64,000 nucleotides of DNA from a virus. This document shows, one piece after another, positions 34,254-44,748 of the stretch (within the stretch, counting starts at the first letter, position 1; every line of letters starts with the position of its first letter). The notes under the pieces are model-generated. The model was not told the origin of the DNA and ran no database searches. It was given only the letters and a program-made list of their open reading frames with translations. Position numbers and translations under genes: made by a program. Where the stretch lies: positions 8,436 through 72,435 of the IMG/VR virus record IMGVR_UViG_3300036857_000203. One strand, written 5' to 3'.

Positions 34254-35974
34254 CCGACACTGCCGTCGCAGCGCTCAACACCGGGCTCGATAAGTTTCCG
34301 ATCACCGAGCAGCAGGCGCTTGAGACGCTCAAGACGCTCAAGGCGGAGATCGCCGTCCGCGCCAATCGCAAGAAGCAGGCCAAGGCCGGCGGGCTGATCG
34401 AGTTCGTGCGCTACTTCTGGAGCGTGCTGGAGCCCGAGACCAAGATGGTCGAAGGCTGGCTCCTGGAAGCCATCTGCGAGCACCTGGAAGCGATTACCTT
34501 CGGCAAGATCACGCGCTGCCTGATCAACGTGCCGCCAGGATCGATGAAGTCGCTCATGGTGAACGTGTTCTGGCCCGCCTGGGAATGGGGGCCGATGAAC
34601 ATGCCGCACCTGCGCTACGTCTCTTTCAGTTATTCGAGCGGCCTGACCGAGCGCGATAACACCAAGTTCCGCAAGCTGGTGATGAGTGAGAAGTACAAGG
34701 AGCTGTGGGGTGAAAGGTTCAACCTTGAGAAGGAAGGCGAGATCAAGATCACCAACGACAAGACGGGGTCGAAGTTCGCGTCGTCGGTCAAGGGCATCGG
34801 AACCGGAGAGCGTGGAGATCGCGTGGTCATCGATGACCCTCACGATGTTCATAAGAGCGAATCAGACGTGGTTCGAACTGACACCGTGCGCTGGTTTCGA
34901 GAGACGATCACGGATCGACTTAACAACCTTGACGACAGTGCCATCATCATCATTATGCAGCGCGTTCATCAGTCTGATATCAGCGGCTTTATCCTTGAGC
35001 AGGGTTGGGCGTACTGCCACCTCATGGTCCCCATGGAGTTCGAAGCCGGACGTGAGCCATTCAATCCGCTCGGCTGGAAGGACCCGCGCACCGAAGATGG
35101 CGATCTCGCATGGCCCGAACGTTTCTCCCCCGAAGCGGTCGCCAACATCGAGCGCGAGAAGGGCAGCTTCGCCTACGCCGGGCAGTATCAGCAAAGACCT
35201 TCGCCCCGAGGGGGAGGAATAATCCAGCGCAACTGGTGGCGACCCTACACTGAAGCTGAATGCCCAAAGTTCGGCGTCCCGTGGCCGAAGTTTCCGGTGA
35301 TGAGCTACACCGTGCTCTCGCTCGACACCGCGCAGACCGAGAAGAAGCAGAACGATCCCACGGCGGGCGTCGTGTTGGGTGTGTGCCGCGACATCTGGGA
35401 GAACCGGAGATTAATACTCATGTGGGCGTGGGCGGAACGCCTGGAGCTGTACGAGCTGGTCAAGAAGATCGAGGAAACCTGCAAGAAGTTCAAGGTCGAC
35501 CGGGTTCTGATCGAGGACAAAGCCTCGGGTTATCCGGTCAGCCAGGAGCTGCGCCGTCGCGGGAGAGTGATCTCCGATGTGATGAGCCACAACCCCAAGA
35601 CCGCCGACCGCGCTGACTTCGGTGTGACGCTCATTACGCCGGAAGGCGATCACGTCGCCCGCGCCTATGCCTGCCAGAACCTGTTCGAGTGCGGAATGAT
35701 CTATGCCCCGGCCGAGGGCACCGGCATGGGCGACTTCCTGTTCAAGGATTGGGCCGATCGCGTCATTGGCGAGCTGGCCGACATGCCCAAGGGCACGCAC
35801 GATGATCTTGCGGATGCCATGACCCAGGCGCTCACGCATATGCGGAAATTGGGCCTCGCGACCCTGCCGGACGAGGACGAGCTGGAGGATCTGATCGAGA
35901 AGAAGACCTACCGGCGCGAGCCCTCTCCATTGTATCCGGCTTACGGCGGCGGATTGACCATTCCCCTGCGATAA
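34250..35974 (+). CDS. terL: Terminase large subunit
   Basis: INVPPGSMKS, VIDDPH, IIMQRVH, YQQRP, LSLDTA, IEDKASG, HDDLADAMTQAL. Confidence 0.95.
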   Translation: MTDTAVAALNTGLDKFPITEQQALETLKTLKAEIAVRANRKKQAKAGGLIEFVRYFWSVLEPETKMVEGWLLEAICEHLEAITFGKITRCLINVPPGSMKSLMVNVFWPAWEWGPMNMPHLRYVSFSYSSGLTERDNTKFRKLVMSEKYKELWGERFNLEKEGEIKITNDKTGSKFASSVKGIGTGERGDRVVIDDPHDVHKSESDVVRTDTVRWFRETITDRLNNLDDSAIIIIMQRVHQSDISGFILEQGWAYCHLMVPMEFEAGREPFNPLGWKDPRTEDGDLAWPERFSPEAVANIEREKGSFAYAGQYQQRPSPRGGGIIQRNWWRPYTEAECPKFGVPWPKFPVMSYTVLSLDTAQTEKKQNDPTAGVVLGVCRDIWENRRLILMWAWAERLELYELVKKIEETCKKFKVDRVLIEDKASGYPVSQELRRRGRVISDVMSHNPKTADRADFGVTLITPEGDHVARAYACQNLFECGMIYAPAEGTGMGDFLFKDWADRVIGELADMPKGTHDDLADAMTQALTHMRKLGLATLPDEDELEDLIEKKTYRREPSPLYPAYGGGLTIPLR

Positions 35975-35988
35975 TTGGAGTTACGTGG

Positions 35989-36294
35989 ATGATTGCGGAT
36001 ATTCGTGATACCGACGAGGTCGACTTCCTGCGGCATTGGTCGGAACGGGTCTGGGACACCGTGCAGCTCGCGCAGATCAAGGCCATCGAAGAGCAGATGG
36101 TCAACTACGCCATGACGGCGTGGCGGCCGGCAGGAAGCATCCTCCCACCAAGCGACATCCTCATTATCTGCGCGTGCGAAGAGGGCGTGGTGCTGATGGT
36201 GCAGAACCAGTTCGGCGAGTGGCGCACCTCGGAGGGCAAGCCGCACAAACCCCCCAGGGCTTGGATGCCCTGCCCGGCGCCCCCCAAGGCTTAG
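35989..36294 (+). CDS. Hypothetical protein (DUF551-like C-terminus)
   Basis: AWRP...PRAWMPCPAPPK. Confidence 0.55.
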   Translation: MIADIRDTDEVDFLRHWSERVWDTVQLAQIKAIEEQMVNYAMTAWRPAGSILPPSDILIICACEEGVVLMVQNQFGEWRTSEGKPHKPPRAWMPCPAPPKA

Positions 36295-36368
36295 TGTAAG
36301 CCTAGCGAATCGCCGGCATTACGGTAGACTGCCGCCCGATCCTCCTTTGAGGGAGCGCGGGCTGGGTC

Positions 36369-37340
36369 ATGCTGATTCTTGCCTCTACCAGTGACAAGCT
36401 GCGGGTGAACTGCAGCGCCGGCACTGTCAATATCCATGCCAGCTGGCTCGACAACGTGTCGGGGGCGGTCAATCCGGGCCGGACCAATACCACGCTCACG
36501 GGCGCCGGCACCTTCGACGTCGTGGCGGCACCGGCCGCTGGCGTGTTCCGCAACGTCAAGACGCTCTATGTGCATAATCTCGACGCCACCAGCAAGGACA
36601 TCACCGTCATCCACACCGACGGCACCATCGTCGCCGAGCTGTACAAGACTACGCTGGCCGGGCACGCGACACTCTCTTACATCGACGAGCTGGGCTTCGT
36701 CAGCGACCTGTCGGCCACCCAGCTGGTTGAAGGGCTGGTGCGGCGTTGGACCTTCACCAAGATCACCGCCACCAACGCGGCATGGCCGGTCCCAGCCGGA
36801 ACCAGGGAGCTGAAGGTCGAGGCGTGGGGCGGCGGCTCGTCCGGTGCCGGCGCATCCGCTGGCTGGCGCGGCGCGGGCGGCGGTGGCGGCGGCTACGTGT
36901 GCAAGTTCTACAGCGGCATCATGGATGCGACCCTGAACATCACCATCGGTCAGGGCGGCCCTGGTGCCGGCGACGGCTCCAACGGCAACCCTGGCGCCAG
37001 CACCACGGTGGTCGGCGCCAACCTGGGCACCTTGACGGCCGGCGGCGGCCTGCCGGCTCCCCGCACCGGGCGCTCGGAGGGCGGCTCTGGCGGCGGTGCC
37101 AGCGGCGGAGACATCAACATCAATGGCGGCGACGGTTACGCCAATGCCTTCAACTTCAACGATAGTCCTGACGGCATCTACGGCTTCGGCGGCGACTCGC
37201 CGCGTGGCGGCATGGGCGGCAAGGCCAATGTCACCACTCCCGGAGGCATCCCCGGTGGCGGCGGGGCCGGCGCCAACCATCCCGGCGGCACCAGTAGCGG
37301 CGCCGGGGCGCGCGGCGAGGTGCATATCTTCTCGCGATAG
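36369..37340 (+). CDS. Virion protein: beta-rich N-domain + glycine-rich domain
   Basis: WPVPAGTRELKVEAWGGGSSG...ITIGQGG...GARGEVHIF. Confidence 0.75.
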   Translation: MLILASTSDKLRVNCSAGTVNIHASWLDNVSGAVNPGRTNTTLTGAGTFDVVAAPAAGVFRNVKTLYVHNLDATSKDITVIHTDGTIVAELYKTTLAGHATLSYIDELGFVSDLSATQLVEGLVRRWTFTKITATNAAWPVPAGTRELKVEAWGGGSSGAGASAGWRGAGGGGGGYVCKFYSGIMDATLNITIGQGGPGAGDGSNGNPGASTTVVGANLGTLTAGGGLPAPRTGRSEGGSGGGASGGDININGGDGYANAFNFNDSPDGIYGFGGDSPRGGMGGKANVTTPGGIPGGGGAGANHPGGTSSGAGARGEVHIFSR

Positions 37341-37365
37341 TGGGATACCCCAGGGGTAATGCAAG

Positions 37366-37719
37366 ATGCTGCTTCTGACCTCGGTCAATGATCTTCTGCA
37401 GATCGCGCTCAGCACAGCCGGGCCGGTCGACGTGCACACCAGCTGGGTCGATACCGTGACGGCGACCGGAAGTATTACGCCTGGGCGCACCAATATTGCC
37501 GCGATCTCAGCCGGGCTGACGGTCGTCGTGAGCGCTCCTGTTGCCGGTGCCCAGCGTAACGTGAAGACCCTGCACATCCGCAACAAGAGTGCGGCACCAT
37601 GTCAGGTGATTGTGATGCACAGCGACGGCACCAACACCGAGCACCTTTATGACACCACGCTTGGCGGTGGCGGCGCCCTGCAGTGCACCGACCAGGGCGG
37701 CTTCCGGTTATTGGGTTGA
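37366..37719 (+). CDS. Stand-alone paralog of the 36369 N-domain
   Basis: Shared SW.D, PGRTN, RNVKTL, H.DGT, LY.TTL. Confidence 0.75.
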   Translation: MLLLTSVNDLLQIALSTAGPVDVHTSWVDTVTATGSITPGRTNIAAISAGLTVVVSAPVAGAQRNVKTLHIRNKSAAPCQVIVMHSDGTNTEHLYDTTLGGGGALQCTDQGGFRLLG

Positions 37720-37731
37720 TGTGAGAGCCAG

Positions 37732-40026
37732 ATGGCAAACGGTGTCGCTCCCACCGAGCATTACCTCAACGAAAGCGACCACTACCGTAATCTGGCGCGC
37801 AATCTTGAGATCGACAGCGGCGGCCAGGAGGGCGGCGAGGACGATCTGACCGTCGTCGTCCAGCCTGAGGCCGAGGAGCCAGTCGAGCAGATCGGCATCG
37901 AGCGCGCCGACGGTGCGCTGATTATCCGCCTGGACGGCAAGCCCTTCGTGCGCGAGCCCAAGGTCGCCGCCAAGGAGCACGACGCGAATTTAGCCGAGTT
38001 CGTCGACCAGATCGAGCTGGCTCGCATCTGCGACGAACTCTTGAACGGCATCGACAGCGATCTGCAGACGAGACTGGAGTGGCTGGAGCGGCGTGCGGCC
38101 GGCATCAAGCACCTCGGGCTGAAGATCGAGAACCCGCGCTCGCCTTCGGCCGATGCCGATACCGCCGTCGAGGGGCAGGCCACCATCCGCTCTCCCGTCA
38201 TGCTGGACGCGGTCTTGCGCTTCCAGGCCAACGCCCGGGGCGAGCTGCTCCCGGCCGGCGGCCCAGTGAAGATGCGCAATGACAGCATGCCGAAGACGCC
38301 CCATCGCGACTTCATGGAGCAGCAGATGCAGGTGCCGCGCGAGCGGCGCGGAGACGACCGGGACATCCAGGCCGACGCCCTGGAGATGCTCTTTAACCGT
38401 TACCTGACTGAGGTCGACAAGGAGTACTACCCCGATACGACCCGCATGTTCTTCATGCAGGGCTATGGCGGCTGCGGCTTCAAGAAGGTCTACCGCTGCC
38501 CGATCAGGCGCCGCCCAGTGTCACGCGCCATCGATGCCGCCGATATCATCGTGTCCGACAACGAGGTGTCGCTGCACGAGTGCGGAAGGGTCACGCATCG
38601 TATCGAAATGCGACAGAGCGTGATGCGACGCATGCAGCTCGCCGGCACGTATCAGGACATCGATCTCACCACGCCGGTCGGGCCACAGCCCGATGCCATG
38701 GAGCAGGCCGAGAGCGACGTCGCCGGCCTCGCCAGCTGGTCTCAGCGCCCGGAGGATTACAAGCACTGCGTCTACGAGACTTATTGCGAGCTGGACATCG
38801 CCGGCTTCGAGCACACCGAGAATGGCAAGATCACAGGTCTGCCTCTCCCATACCGCGTTTCCATCGACAAAGATTCCCAGACCATCCTGGAAATCCGCCG
38901 TAATTGGGCCGAGAACGACGACCGCTACATCAAGCACATGCCGATCGTGAAGTACCCGTTCGTGGACGGCATGGGTTTCTACGGCATCGGCCTCCTGCAC
39001 ATCATGGGCAATGCCACCGCCGCGATCACCACGGCGTGGCGGCTGGCGCTCGACAGCGCAGGGTTCGCGTCCTGGCCGGGCTTCCTCTACAGCGAGACCG
39101 TCGGTCGCCAGGACACCATGACCTTCCGGGTCGGCCTGGGCGCTGGCGTGCGAGTGAACACGGGCGGCCAGCCGATCGCCCAGCACATCATGGACCTGCC
39201 GTACAAAGACGTGACGGCGGGGCTGGTGCAGGTCACCACGCACATCGAAGAAGAGGCCCGCCGGGTTGGCGGGACGCCCGAGCTGATGGTGGGCGAGGGC
39301 CGCCAGGACGTGCCGGTGGGCACCACCATTGCGATGCTCGATCAGGCGGTGAAGGTCTTGGACTCTGTGCACAAGGGCATGCACATCGCCCAGGCCGAAG
39401 AGTTCGGGCTGATGCGCGAGCTGTTCAAGGAGGACCCCGACGCGCTCTTGTGTGCGGAGCCGCAGGAGGGCGCGGTCTGGCAGTGGCAGCGCGAGGACCT
39501 CGTCCGGGCGCTCAACGACTGCAACCTGACGCCGCAGGCCGACCCCAACACCCCATCACACACCATAAGAGTGATGAAGGCGGTCGCCCTCGTGCAGCTC
39601 GTCCAGCTCAACCCGGCGATGTTCGACCTGCACGCCGTGGTGCGAAGAGTGTCTACCATGGTTGGCTTGGGCAACATCGATGAGCTGTTCGCGCCCCCGC
39701 AGGCGCAGCAGGACGCCAAGACCGCCGGCAAGGCGGCCGAGCTGGCGCAGAAGGCGCAGAAGCTGGCGGCCGACGAGCGTGACTCTCAGCGCAAGGCGGC
39801 ACTCCAGCAGTTGGAGATGCAGCTCAAGGCGCTGGTCGAAAGCGCGACCATTCAGGACAACGCGGCCGAGAGACAATCGCGTGAGCGCATCGAGGGCGCG
39901 AAATTGAGCCAGAAGAGACTTGAATTGGCGCAATCGGCATTGGTTCATCCGACCGCGACTCCAGTAGCGCAAGAGTTTCCTGGTCTTCCGCCGGGTATGC
40001 AGCTGCCGAGGGGGAGGCTCATCTGA
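37732..40026 (+). CDS. Portal protein (P22-like, long helical C-terminus)
   Basis: RFQANARGELLPAGGPVK, GCGFKKVY, GFYGIGL, PVGTTIAM; position after terL. Confidence 0.9.
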   Translation: MANGVAPTEHYLNESDHYRNLARNLEIDSGGQEGGEDDLTVVVQPEAEEPVEQIGIERADGALIIRLDGKPFVREPKVAAKEHDANLAEFVDQIELARICDELLNGIDSDLQTRLEWLERRAAGIKHLGLKIENPRSPSADADTAVEGQATIRSPVMLDAVLRFQANARGELLPAGGPVKMRNDSMPKTPHRDFMEQQMQVPRERRGDDRDIQADALEMLFNRYLTEVDKEYYPDTTRMFFMQGYGGCGFKKVYRCPIRRRPVSRAIDAADIIVSDNEVSLHECGRVTHRIEMRQSVMRRMQLAGTYQDIDLTTPVGPQPDAMEQAESDVAGLASWSQRPEDYKHCVYETYCELDIAGFEHTENGKITGLPLPYRVSIDKDSQTILEIRRNWAENDDRYIKHMPIVKYPFVDGMGFYGIGLLHIMGNATAAITTAWRLALDSAGFASWPGFLYSETVGRQDTMTFRVGLGAGVRVNTGGQPIAQHIMDLPYKDVTAGLVQVTTHIEEEARRVGGTPELMVGEGRQDVPVGTTIAMLDQAVKVLDSVHKGMHIAQAEEFGLMRELFKEDPDALLCAEPQEGAVWQWQREDLVRALNDCNLTPQADPNTPSHTIRVMKAVALVQLVQLNPAMFDLHAVVRRVSTMVGLGNIDELFAPPQAQQDAKTAGKAAELAQKAQKLAADERDSQRKAALQQLEMQLKALVESATIQDNAAERQSRERIEGAKLSQKRLELAQSALVHPTATPVAQEFPGLPPGMQLPRGRLI

Positions 40027-40055
40027 CGAAGACACACCTCGATGCTCGCAAGGGA

Positions 40056-40493
40056 ATGGAGACGCCTGAGTATAGGGCATGGCTGAACATGCGCCGTCGT
40101 TGCCGCGCTAAGAACCGCTGGAGCTACAAGTATTACGGCGGGCGTGGCATCAAGATATGCGAGCGCTGGAGCAGCTATGAGAACTTCTTGGCTGACATGG
40201 GCCGCAAGCCATCACCGGCTCACAGCTTGGACCGGATCAATAACGACGGGGACTACGAGCCCGGTAACTGTCAGTGGGCGACATCAGTGCAACAGGTGCG
40301 GAATCGTCGTCACCCCGCGGGTCCTTCCGGGGCCAGAGGGGTCCTGATCAAGCGAGACCCGCGAGGTTACGTCTATATCCATGCGCGAATCTGGCAGAAC
40401 GGTCGTCTCCGTCAGCTTGGCGCGTTCAATACTGTGGAAGAGGCGGCAGCGGCCTATGATGCTGCAAAGCGCGAATCAGGAGGCCTCCGATGA
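40056..40493 (+). CDS. HNH-type homing endonuclease with AP2-like C-terminus
   Basis: YGGRGIKICERW...FLADMG...SLDRINNDGDYEPGNCQWAT...LGAFNTVEEAAAAYD. Confidence 0.85.
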   Translation: METPEYRAWLNMRRRCRAKNRWSYKYYGGRGIKICERWSSYENFLADMGRKPSPAHSLDRINNDGDYEPGNCQWATSVQQVRNRRHPAGPSGARGVLIKRDPRGYVYIHARIWQNGRLRQLGAFNTVEEAAAAYDAAKRESGGLR

Positions 40494-41650
40494 GCCACCC
40501 ATACAAAGGTCAAGCGGACAGCTCGCAGCGCGCGCGTCTCAAGCGCCTCGGCGCCACCGCCGGCAAGAGCTTCGGCTCATCGGCGATGTACAGCAAGAAA
40601 TCATACCCGAAAGGGGCTGGCACCCAGCGGGAGTACACGATCTCTGGCGGCAAGGCGAAGAGCCGGCCCGATCGCTTCGCCTATGGCGGCGGCGTAAAGA
40701 GCAAGAAGCGCCGGCCGCACGCAACGACCAATATCATCATCTCTCACGCTGGCGGCAGAGGCGGCTTCGGTGGTGCTGGTGGCCAGCCCGGTGGACCCGT
40801 TCCGGTGCCGGTACCCCGACCAGTGCCGGTGCCGGTCGGTGCCGGCCCGGGGCCGATGGCGCCTGGGCCGGCACCTGTACGCCCACCGATTGCAGGTGGA
40901 CCGATGCCGGCAGGACCGCCGCCCATGGCGCGGCCTCCGATGCCGGGTGGCCCTCCCCCTGTCCCCGTACGCCCTCCCGGCATGAAAGCCGGTGGTGCGG
41001 TAAAGAAGGCTGCCAATGGTGGCTTTCTGAAGGAGAGCCCGGGCAAGGGCTATCCCGGTTACCCGCACTCACCGATCAAGGAGGGCGGCGACAAGGTCTC
41101 CGCACACAAGAAGGGTGGTGGCGTCAAGAAGCTGCAGTTCGGCGGTGGCTCGGGCCTGGGCTCGGGCGCAAATCCGGGGACCGCGCAGGGGCAGGGCCTC
41201 GCGGGGCTCCTCGGCACTGCGGCGCCTGGGCGCTCACCGATGCCGGCACAACGCGGCACGCCGACGATCTCTGGGGTCGACCAGATTCCGGCGCAGCCGC
41301 TGACGGTGCCGCAACCCAAGCTCGCCAGCGCGTTCCTGCAGCGGCCGGCTCCTGGGACCACCACCACCTTCAACAAGGGTGGTGCGGTGCATGACGATGA
41401 GGCGCAGGACAAGAAGCTCTTCAAGCGGATGATGAAGTCCGAGAAGCGGGCGGCCGGCGGCATCGTGAAGACCCCGGTCACCAATGCTTCCGGCGGCGGT
41501 GCCGGCGGCAAGGCGCGGCTCAAGAAGACCGGCGCCGCCAAGAGCGTGCCGGCCAAGACCGAAAGCGGGTCACCCAACCCCGGCCATAATCCAGCTCCTC
41601 GTGGGATGACCGGGTCGAGCTATCACCAGTGGGGCAAGGGAGTGTCCTGA
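40490..41650 (+). CDS. Low-complexity Gly/Pro/Lys head-associated protein with xxxGG motifs
   Basis: FAYGG, MKAGG, HKKGG, FNKGG, RAAGG; HDDEAQDKKL. Confidence 0.75.
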   Translation: MSHPYKGQADSSQRARLKRLGATAGKSFGSSAMYSKKSYPKGAGTQREYTISGGKAKSRPDRFAYGGGVKSKKRRPHATTNIIISHAGGRGGFGGAGGQPGGPVPVPVPRPVPVPVGAGPGPMAPGPAPVRPPIAGGPMPAGPPPMARPPMPGGPPPVPVRPPGMKAGGAVKKAANGGFLKESPGKGYPGYPHSPIKEGGDKVSAHKKGGGVKKLQFGGGSGLGSGANPGTAQGQGLAGLLGTAAPGRSPMPAQRGTPTISGVDQIPAQPLTVPQPKLASAFLQRPAPGTTTTFNKGGAVHDDEAQDKKLFKRMMKSEKRAAGGIVKTPVTNASGGGAGGKARLKKTGAAKSVPAKTESGSPNPGHNPAPRGMTGSSYHQWGKGVS

Positions 41651-41902
41651 TTGGAGGGTCTCGACAGTGCATTCGCGGCTGCGCTGCACCGCTGGCTGGT
41701 GCGCGAGATCAGTGGCGACGTCGCCGAGAATTACCAAGGGCAGCTGCGTGCGCTCTACACGGCGCACGACTGGGACGCGGTGTGCCGGATCAAGGGCATC
41801 ATCTTCGCTTATGACCAAGTGCTGAAGGTGATGGAAGAGATCGCCCGGAAGATGAACGAGCCGCACGAGCGGCCACAATACGTGACGGGGAGAGTTAATT
41901 GA
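41651..41902 (+). CDS. Small head-module protein
   Basis: Helical ORF before GroES-like gene. Confidence 0.65.
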   Translation: MEGLDSAFAAALHRWLVREISGDVAENYQGQLRALYTAHDWDAVCRIKGIIFAYDQVLKVMEEIARKMNEPHERPQYVTGRVN

Positions 41903-42402
41903 ACATTCCGATAATTGGCCGGACCAGCGAGCTGCCTCCTCCGAGGCTGAGTTCTCTGGCGACCATGCACCAGGGGCCGATGCCGCCCTGGCGCACCGAC
42001 GAAGAGAAAGAAGACTACAAGGCCGACCCGAAGGGATTCCTGCTCGATCGTTGGGCGCTGTTGGAGGACAACGTCGAGCCGTTCCACAACTGGGTGATCA
42101 CGGCGACCTACTTCCTGCCCGACTACCTGGAGACTGCTTCGGGGCACAAGCTCTACCTGCCCGACAAGACCCACGACGAAGCGTTGTGGCAGGGGAAAGT
42201 TGGTCTGGTGGTCGCCAAGGGGCCGCTGGCGTTCCTGGACGATGACCATGTCAAGTTCCAGGGCCAGAACGTCGAGATCGGCGACTGGGTGATGTACGAC
42301 ATCATGGAAGGACGTCAGTTCACCATCGAGCGGTTGCACTGTCGCAGGTTAAAGGACCTGCAGATCGTCGCCCGCATCAAGGACCCCAGATTAATCTACT
42401 AG
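41899..42402 (+). CDS. GroES-like co-chaperonin
   Basis: P..NWV...TASG..LYLPD....GLVVAKGPLAF...VEIGDWVMY. Confidence 0.75.
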   Translation: MNIPIIGRTSELPPPRLSSLATMHQGPMPPWRTDEEKEDYKADPKGFLLDRWALLEDNVEPFHNWVITATYFLPDYLETASGHKLYLPDKTHDEALWQGKVGLVVAKGPLAFLDDDHVKFQGQNVEIGDWVMYDIMEGRQFTIERLHCRRLKDLQIVARIKDPRLIY

Positions 42403-42429
42403 CGCCACCGCATTGGCGTGGAGGCAGTT

Positions 42430-43425
42430 ATGGCAGACGAGGTTAATCCCACCGCAGGGGAGAACGAGAACCTCATCGTTAACCTGGACGAGGAGGACAA
42501 CCCGGGCACAACTCAAGCCAGCTCAGGGGCGGACGGCAAGCCGCCACCCGTCCCCAGCCCATCGGCGCCCCCAGCGGCGCAGGAGGGCCTTGCCGAGCTG
42601 AACCGGCAAGTGGAGGCCGAGCGCGCCGAGCGCGTTCGCGTCACCCAAGTGGCGCAGCAGATCGCCCGCGAGCGCGATGAGGCGGTGGCCTTTGCGCAGG
42701 AGGCCGAGCGCAGGGGTGTCTCCACCTACGAGCTGTACAACGAGAACCAGATCAAGGCTGTCCAGGACAAGATGATCGCGCTGTCCAATGGTGCCGAGCA
42801 GGCCATGGTGGACGGCGATTTCAAGCGCGCACAGGCGCTGAACCTGGAGATCGGCCGCCTGGGTGGCAATCTCGCCGTGCTGGAGCGTGATCAGGCGATC
42901 CTGACGCAACAAAGGGAGCAAGCTGCGCAACAGGCGCGGCAGCGTCCGCAGCAAGCACAGCAACCACGTCCTGCTGCGCCTGTGCAGCCAACCGACCCGC
43001 TGGAGCGCGCCATCCAGGGCAAGACCGAGGCGGCCAAGGAGTTCATCAGGAAGCATCCCGAGATCGTGCGCAGCGATGGCACCATCAAGCGGGTGGCGCT
43101 GGACGCCCACGAGCGTGCCCTGGACGAGGGGCACCGGGCGGACAGCCCCGGCTACTTCGAGTACATCGAGAGGTCGATCATGGCACAGCAACCCCAGAAC
43201 GGTGGGGGCAATCCTCCGCCGCGCGGCGCGCCCACTCTCCAGCATGGTGCGGCACCGGTCTCGCGTGGCGGTAGTCCAGGAGGTGGCGGTGGCGGCGGCA
43301 ACGGCACCTTCGTGATGACACCCAAGATGCGGCGCCTCGCCGAGGAGCAAGGGGTCGAGCCGCGCGAGTGGGCCAGGAACTATGTGAGGCTTCTGGCCGA
43401 GGGCCGGATCACGCCCATTACCTAA
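42430..43425 (+). CDS. Capsid scaffolding protein (putative)
   Basis: Acidic N-terminus, coiled coil, C-terminal MTP.MRRLA..QGV..EWA; upstream of MCP. Confidence 0.7.
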   Translation: MADEVNPTAGENENLIVNLDEEDNPGTTQASSGADGKPPPVPSPSAPPAAQEGLAELNRQVEAERAERVRVTQVAQQIARERDEAVAFAQEAERRGVSTYELYNENQIKAVQDKMIALSNGAEQAMVDGDFKRAQALNLEIGRLGGNLAVLERDQAILTQQREQAAQQARQRPQQAQQPRPAAPVQPTDPLERAIQGKTEAAKEFIRKHPEIVRSDGTIKRVALDAHERALDEGHRADSPGYFEYIERSIMAQQPQNGGGNPPPRGAPTLQHGAAPVSRGGSPGGGGGGGNGTFVMTPKMRRLAEEQGVEPREWARNYVRLLAEGRITPIT

Positions 43426-43440
43426 CCCAGGGGGTTAACT

Positions 43441-44016
43441 ATGATGGAAGTCCCGTCGCCCTTCCGAGAGGCGCCACATGAGGGCGGCCTCGCAGGAGGG
43501 CTTGCTGCCGGCGAAGCGATACTCCGGTCCGAGGTGCATGGTGAGCTGCGCGTCGATCCCGATCGTACTCGCCAGCATCAGGGCACTGCCTCTATCGATC
43601 CGTACGACATCGCCGACATCATGGCGAAGTACGCTCCCACCAGGGGCGATCCGACCAAGGGCAACGTCAACAACGAGATCGACTTCAACTGGAAACGCTT
43701 CGAGACCTACGGCAAGCCCGACTTCGCCGAGGGCCGGATGTATCAGCAGCAGGGTTGGCGGGCGGTGCAGCACCATCACTTCCCGGGGCGCTTTGCGCCT
43801 CCTGGCACTCAGGGACCGGTGGTGGTCAAGGACATGATCCTGATGGAAAGGCCCATGCGCTTGACAGTGCAGGCCAGAAATGAGGAGATACTGGAAGCGA
43901 CTCGCGCTATGCAGGTGCACCGCCAGAAGGTGGCGGAGACCCCGGACGGTCACTCCGAGCGTGTCGTGTACGCCAACCGCACCCAGCGCGAGGCGATCTC
44001 TATCCCCGACGAATAA
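43441..44016 (+). CDS. Head-module hypothetical protein
   Basis: FNWKR...QGWRAV...DMILMERP. Confidence 0.7.
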   Translation: MMEVPSPFREAPHEGGLAGGLAAGEAILRSEVHGELRVDPDRTRQHQGTASIDPYDIADIMAKYAPTRGDPTKGNVNNEIDFNWKRFETYGKPDFAEGRMYQQQGWRAVQHHHFPGRFAPPGTQGPVVVKDMILMERPMRLTVQARNEEILEATRAMQVHRQKVAETPDGHSERVVYANRTQREAISIPDE

Positions 44017-44128
44017 CGTCGGCGGCTTCAGGTAAGAGCGTCCACCGCCTGGACGCTGGGCACATCCACCGCTCGGACTGCGGCGAAGCTCGCCAAGGCC
44101 GGCAACCCTTGAGGAGGGGAGCCAGCTC

Positions 44129-44719
44129 ATGGCGAACACCAATTCACCGTTTGGACTGCGCGCTGTCCGCCGTGGCGATGGTGCGGCTTGGACGAGCGCT
44201 CACAACACCCGCAAGATGCAGAACAACGCTGGCGCCTGCAATCGGGGCGACATCGTCAAGACGCTCGTCGATGGCACCGTTGCCGTCAGCACGACCGCCG
44301 ACGCGGCTGTGAACGTCGGCGTCGTTGAGGGCTTCCACTACCTGTCGGCGGCCCTCGGTTATCCGATCTGGACGAATTATTGGCCGGGCGCGGGTGCGCT
44401 CGGGCTGGTCGACGTCTTCGTCATCGATGACCCCAACGTGGTGTTCGAGATCATGGCGAGCGCCGGGCCGATCACTTTGGCCGACATCGGTTCCAGCGCG
44501 AACATCGTCATCAATGCGAGCACCACCGGCTTCTCCAAGTGGGCGCTCGGTGCTCCCGCCGCTGGTGCGGGCAGCGACGTGCTGCCGTTCAAGATCGTCG
44601 CGCTCGGCAACAATGGCGTGAATGTTGGCGAGAACGGCTACGACGCCGCTTCGGCGAACAACATTGTCGAGGTGGCGTGGAACGCCCACTACCTCAAGCC
44701 CGGCACGCTGTCGGTCTGA
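44129..44719 (+). CDS. Capsid decoration/auxiliary protein
   Basis: MANTNSPFGLR...DDPNVVFEI; directly before MCP. Confidence 0.75.
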   Translation: MANTNSPFGLRAVRRGDGAAWTSAHNTRKMQNNAGACNRGDIVKTLVDGTVAVSTTADAAVNVGVVEGFHYLSAALGYPIWTNYWPGAGALGLVDVFVIDDPNVVFEIMASAGPITLADIGSSANIVINASTTGFSKWALGAPAAGAGSDVLPFKIVALGNNGVNVGENGYDAASANNIVEVAWNAHYLKPGTLSV

Positions 44720-44748
44720 GGTCGGCAAAGGCAACGGAGGGATAGGTC

